Source: Bacteroidales bacterium (GTDB taxonomy: Bacteria > Bacteroidota > Bacteroidia > Bacteroidales > 4484-276). From it: a DNA stretch of 46,330 nt. A program made the translations under genes and the position numbers. This document shows, one piece after another, positions 42,701-46,330 of the stretch (its first letter is position 1; every line of letters begins with the position of its first letter). The notes beneath the pieces are model-generated. The model saw only the letters and a program-made list of their open reading frames with translations. It made no database searches and was not told the DNA's origin. Where the stretch lies: the NCBI GenBank assembly GCA_046542305.1, contig JBKHBQ010000002.1:1-46330 (forward strand). Direction: 5' to 3'.

Positions 42701-44929
42701 TTAGTCGTTCAGAATTTTGAGTTTGGTTTCCAGAACGCTCACCTCGCTTTTGGCTTTTTCGATTTTCTTTTCAAATTCCACTTTCAGCAGGTTGGCTTTT
42801 TTGCTGTGGGCCAAAAAACCGATGTTATTTTCCCAGAGCATAATGTCCTCGCGAAGTTTGTTGATCTTATTCTGGATAAAACTCCGTTCGCGGTATAATT
42901 GCCTGTCGCCGTCCGAGGCACCTTTAATTACCTCCATTTTCGACTTATAGCTGGCCAGGGTCATTTCCGAGTTGCTGATGTTGAGCTTATCCAACTGCTT
43001 GTTGATGGCATTCCTGAAAGCATTCTGCAACCGGTCCTTTTCCTTGAAGGGCACATGTCCTATTTCGGTCCATTGACGCTGGAAATCTTTCAGAATCGCC
43101 AGGCTGTCGGATTTATTGCCTTCGAAATTGTATTCCTCAACCTGCCTGATGATATCTTCCTTTTTCTTCAGGTTGTCTGTTTCTTCGCCGCGGATGCTGG
43201 CAAAATGCTCCGCCTTGCGATTGAAGAAATGATCGCAGGCCGCCCTGAACCTGGCCCATAACTTATCGGAGTGCTTGCGCGGTACCGGACCGATCTTTTT
43301 CCACTCTTTTTGCATTTCGATCAGGTCGCGGGTGGAATTGCGCCAGTCGGTGCTGTCCTGCATGGCTTCGGCCTGAACGCACAGATCGAGCTTAAGGTTG
43401 TAGTTGTTTACCTGCTGTTCTTTAAGCTTGCCAAAGTATTCCTTTTTATCTGCAAAGAAAGTATCGAGTGCTGTTTTAAACCGATCCCAGATTTCGTCGT
43501 TCTGCTTTTTGGGTGCCGGTCCAATGGTTTTCCACACTTTGAAAAGCTCATTGAACTGCTTGGTTTTTTCCTGCCACTGGCGAATGGTATTCACCTCCTG
43601 CGAGAGCAGTGTATCAGCCTTTTCACACAGGGCTTGCTTGGCCACCAGATTGTTTTCCTGCTCTTCCTGAAGCTTTTTGTAGTGCTCGCGGCGACGCTGA
43701 TTGATCTTATCGGTGGTCGATTTGAAGCGCTCCCAAAGCTCGTCCTTCTTATCCTCCGGAACGGGTCCGATGTTCTTCCACTGTTCGTGGTAACGCTGCA
43801 GTTGCTTGAAGGATTTGATGATGGAGGTTTCCAGCAGCAGCTCTTCGGCCTTTTCGCAAAGCTCGATTTTTTGCTCCAGGTTTTTCTTCAGGTCGAGATC
43901 TTTTAATTCCTTATTGATCTTTACCTTGTCGAAAAATTTCTCAACCAGGAAATGATACGACTGCCAGAGGTTGTTCACCTCGCCCTTGGGCACCATGCCG
44001 ATGTTTCTCCAGTTCTCCTGAAGTTCACGGAATTCGTCGTAGGTTTTCTTCAGCGTTTCTTCTGAGTTGATCAGTTCCTTGAGCTGGTCGAGAATCTCTT
44101 TTTTCTTATCGAGGTTTACCAGCTTCTCCTTTTCAAGGTTTTCGAGGTAAACGGCTCTTTTTTGTCTGTATATATCAAAAAGGGCATTGAACCGTTGGCC
44201 GGTTTCATCCACCGGCACAGCAGCTTGTTCCTTTTCTTCTTTTTCTTCTTTATCTTCCTTCTCTTCCTTTTCTTCCTGAATTTCGAGATGCTCCTGATAG
44301 TTGGCTTCCTTTTCTTCCTTGGTTTTCTTAAGGTACGCCACCTTGATAAGCGCCACCCTGGATTTGATGCGGTTTACATCATCTTCCTGCACCAGTTCTT
44401 CAAGTTTATCCACCAGTTGGGTACGCGAAAGCTGATCATAGTCGATGATCCCTTCCTCTTCTACCTCATGATGTTCCTCATCCTCGTCGTCCTCATCTTC
44501 GCCTTCCTGCTCATCGCTCAACTTTTCGGTTTGTTCTTCCTTTTCGGTCAACGGTGCGGGTTCCGGCTGTTCTTCGGCAACTTCAGGCGCAGATTGTTCT
44601 TCCGGCTTTTCAGTTTCTTCTTCCTTTACGGCTTCAGGTTCACCTGCTTGTTCTTTCTCCGGAGTTTCAGCGGTTGCAGGCTCCACCTCCGACGATGCCG
44701 GGCCGGTGGTTTCTTCAGGTTGTTCTTTATTTTCCTGTTCCTCTGCTGCACCTGCCGGCGATTCATCAGGTCTGGTTTCCGAGGATTTTTTTCGTTCCTC
44801 TTCGGAAGTGTTGGCTTCCTCTACGTGAGATGCTTCAACATTTTGGTTTTCAGTGTTTGAAGTCTTCTCATCCTGGGTTTCCCTGTTGGATTCCCCAGGA
44901 ATTTGATTGAGTTGATCTTTGTTTTCCAT
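42701..44929 (-). CDS. DUF349 repeat protein with an acidic low-complexity N-terminus
   Basis: Units of the form W..IGPVP....D.LW.RF..A.D.FF recur about five times, which is the DUF349 signature. The first ~170 aa are E/P/T-rich. Confidence 0.85.
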   Translation of the reverse strand: MENKDQLNQIPGESNRETQDEKTSNTENQNVEASHVEEANTSEEERKKSSETRPDESPAGAAEEQENKEQPEETTGPASSEVEPATAETPEKEQAGEPEAVKEEETEKPEEQSAPEVAEEQPEPAPLTEKEEQTEKLSDEQEGEDEDDEDEEHHEVEEEGIIDYDQLSRTQLVDKLEELVQEDDVNRIKSRVALIKVAYLKKTKEEKEANYQEHLEIQEEKEEKEDKEEKEEKEQAAVPVDETGQRFNALFDIYRQKRAVYLENLEKEKLVNLDKKKEILDQLKELINSEETLKKTYDEFRELQENWRNIGMVPKGEVNNLWQSYHFLVEKFFDKVKINKELKDLDLKKNLEQKIELCEKAEELLLETSIIKSFKQLQRYHEQWKNIGPVPEDKKDELWERFKSTTDKINQRRREHYKKLQEEQENNLVAKQALCEKADTLLSQEVNTIRQWQEKTKQFNELFKVWKTIGPAPKKQNDEIWDRFKTALDTFFADKKEYFGKLKEQQVNNYNLKLDLCVQAEAMQDSTDWRNSTRDLIEMQKEWKKIGPVPRKHSDKLWARFRAACDHFFNRKAEHFASIRGEETDNLKKKEDIIRQVEEYNFEGNKSDSLAILKDFQRQWTEIGHVPFKEKDRLQNAFRNAINKQLDKLNISNSEMTLASYKSKMEVIKGASDGDRQLYRERSFIQNKINKLREDIMLWENNIGFLAHSKKANLLKVEFEKKIEKAKSEVSVLETKLKILND

Positions 44930-45272
44930 TACACAAAAATTTGTCTTAAGCTAACGTACGTTTATGCATTCGGGCTTCTATTGCTAAAAACCTGATTTTT
45001 AGATTTATCATCAAAAAAAGAGTGCAAAAATAGCAAATTATCACATGGAAGGAAATTTTTAACAAATTAATATCAACCCCACCCCCTTCAGCAGTGACCG
45101 CAAGCCTCACAATGGTTTAGGATTCAAAAATATCCGAAGCCTTTACAAAACTCAGGAAGCATGAAATGGTATGGCAAATCAACAAAAACGGGAAATTTCT
45201 GCTGACAAAAAGTTTTTTGTATTGTTTATTAATTTTGCAGAAGCAAAAAATATAAACCGAAATTACATTGCT

Positions 45273-45890
45273 ATGTTATTAAGAATTCATCCGGAAACAC
45301 CCAGCCAGCGACAAATCTCCATTGCTGTGGAATGCCTGCGGGATGGCGGTGTAGTGATTTGCCCCACCGATACGGTGTACGGGTTGGCCTGCGACATTTT
45401 CCAGTCGAAGGCAATTGAGCGGATTGCCAGGATAAAAGGAATTAATCCGGAAAAGGCCAACTTCTCATTTCTGTGTCACGACCTGAGCCAGCTTACTGAC
45501 TTTACCAAACCCATCGATAATAATCTTTTTAAACTGATGAAAAGGGTGCTGCCGGGTCCGTACACCTTTATCCTGGAAGCAAACAATACCGTTCCAAAAT
45601 ACATCCAGAACAAGAAAAAAACGGTGGGCATCAGGATTCCCAACAACAATATCCCGCTTGAGATCGTGCAGCAACTGGGGCATCCCATCATGTCGACCTC
45701 GGTGCACGACGATGACGATGTGATCGAATACACCACCGACCCCGAGCTGATCTACGAGAAATTCAGGGATCGGGTGGATATTGTAATCGATGGTGGCTTT
45801 GGCGGAAATCTGGCCTCAACGGTGCTCGACTGTACCGGCGACGAAATCGAAGTGATACGCGAAGGCCTCGGACCACTGGATATTCTTTAA
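45273..45890 (+). CDS. tsaC: L-threonylcarbamoyladenylate synthase (YrdC/TsaC family)
   Basis: PTDTVYGLACD, KGI...K.NFSFLC and VGIRIP motifs. I chose the start at MLLRIHPE (45273) because a TAATTTTG -7 box (45230-45237) lies inside the longer ORF-track reading frame. Confidence 0.85.
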   Translation: MLLRIHPETPSQRQISIAVECLRDGGVVICPTDTVYGLACDIFQSKAIERIARIKGINPEKANFSFLCHDLSQLTDFTKPIDNNLFKLMKRVLPGPYTFILEANNTVPKYIQNKKKTVGIRIPNNNIPLEIVQQLGHPIMSTSVHDDDDVIEYTTDPELIYEKFRDRVDIVIDGGFGGNLASTVLDCTGDEIEVIREGLGPLDIL

Positions 45891-45953
45891 TTCTGAGGCT
45901 GTGGATTATAGATTTTTTTTTAAAAAAAAAGCGAAAAAAAACTACGCGAGGAT

Positions 45954-45983
45954 TTGTTAATTTAAAATTTGATAGTACTTTTG
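45954..45983 (+). promoter_or_regulatory. Bacteroidota sigma-A-type promoter for tRNA-Lys (TTG-N19-TACTTTTG)
   Basis: TTG at 45954-45956 and TACTTTTG at 45976-45983 with exactly 19 nt between them. The box ends 22 nt upstream of the tRNA 5' end. Confidence 0.5.
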
Positions 45984-46005
45984 CAGCCCCAAACAAATAA
46001 CGGGA

Positions 46006-46078
46006 GATTCGGTAGCTCAGCCGGTAGAGCAACGGCCTTTTAAGCCGTGGGTCCTGGGTTCGAATCCCAGCCGGATCA
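46006..46078 (+). tRNA. tRNA-Lys (anticodon TTT)
   Basis: 73-nt cloverleaf. The acceptor is GATTCGG/CCGGATC, the D-arm GCTC-AGCCGGTA-GAGC and the anticodon arm ACGGC-CTTTTAA-GCCGT. The T-arm is CTGGG-TTCGAAT-CCCAG and the discriminator is A. Confidence 0.92.
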
Positions 46079-46080
46079 CA

Positions 46081-46109
46081 AGCCTCTCAGCAATGAGGGG
46101 CTTTTTTTT
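46081..46109 (+). terminator. Rho-independent terminator after tRNA-Lys
   Basis: agcctctca-gcaa-tgaggggct hairpin followed by eight T. Confidence 0.6.
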
Positions 46110-46330
46110 GGGGTGCATTCTCATGCAAAATCACAGCTTCAACTTTGGTTTTCAATAAAATTTCAAAACCTGTTTGGAAAAACCAGCGCGAAATTATTCC
46201 TGCTTTTTGGAATAATTAAAGCTCCGGGCGATTCTATACTTAATCAATAATCGAGGCAAACGGGCATCCCGGTAGGTATCCTGCAATGGCATATCCACGC
46301 TTCTGCCATCGCTCAGCTTTCTGTATACCC

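Noticed and set aside
1-46330. CRISPR arrays, transposases, integrases, rRNA genes and prophage structural genes.
   Set aside because: I scanned for short regularly spaced repeats and for DDE, tyrosine or serine recombinase-like ORFs and found none. The only regular repeats are the ones reported at 14-18 kb.
46241-46330. Possible 3' end of a minus-strand CDS running off the window (...GIQKAERWQKRGYAIAGYLPGCPFASIID*).
   Set aside because: Only about 29 codons are visible and I recognise no motif, so I cannot support it as a feature. The + strand ORF at 46047..46250 overlaps the tRNA-Lys 3' end and its terminator and is also rejected.

Overview
The window looks like chromosomal DNA from a Bacteroidota-type bacterium. 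Supporting signs are three proteins with T9SS (type IX secretion system) C-terminal sorting domains, a PorT-like gene, a tmRNA with a GENNNYALAA tag, TAnnTTTG-type promoter boxes and no obvious Shine-Dalgarno sites. Most of it is housekeeping or ordinary accessory content: rpsF-rpsR-rplI, a TrmH-family methyltransferase, an EamA transporter, a Sir2 deacylase, a serine hydrolase, tRNA-Gly(CCC), tRNA-Lys(TTT), two large multi-PAS hybrid histidine kinases, PhzF, tatA and tatC, a thioredoxin-like protein, GH97 (glycoside hydrolase family 97), an NlpC/P60 peptidase, a 7TM-HD phosphohydrolase, an SDR, an AsmA-like protein, aroC, a DUF349 protein and tsaC/yrdC. The atypical part is about 11.4-20.3 kb. 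It holds a DUF116-like fusion protein convergent with a patatin-like phospholipase. It also holds two apparently identical 1,814-bp copies of an AT-rich gene for an uncharacterised secreted T9SS cargo protein, each preceded by a roughly 80-nt hairpin-forming repeat. Next come a HicB-like antitoxin pseudogene with an in-frame TAG, a 20-nt inverted repeat abutting the 3' end of ssrA, and an orphan radical SAM enzyme. Elsewhere, a GluR0-type ligand-gated K+ channel (TVGYGD filter inside a split periplasmic-binding fold) stands out. I found no CRISPR array, transposase, integrase or recognisable multi-gene defence system. The best candidate for something undescribed is the tmRNA-adjacent islet with the duplicated secreted protein. 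That remains a hypothesis from reading the sequence by eye.
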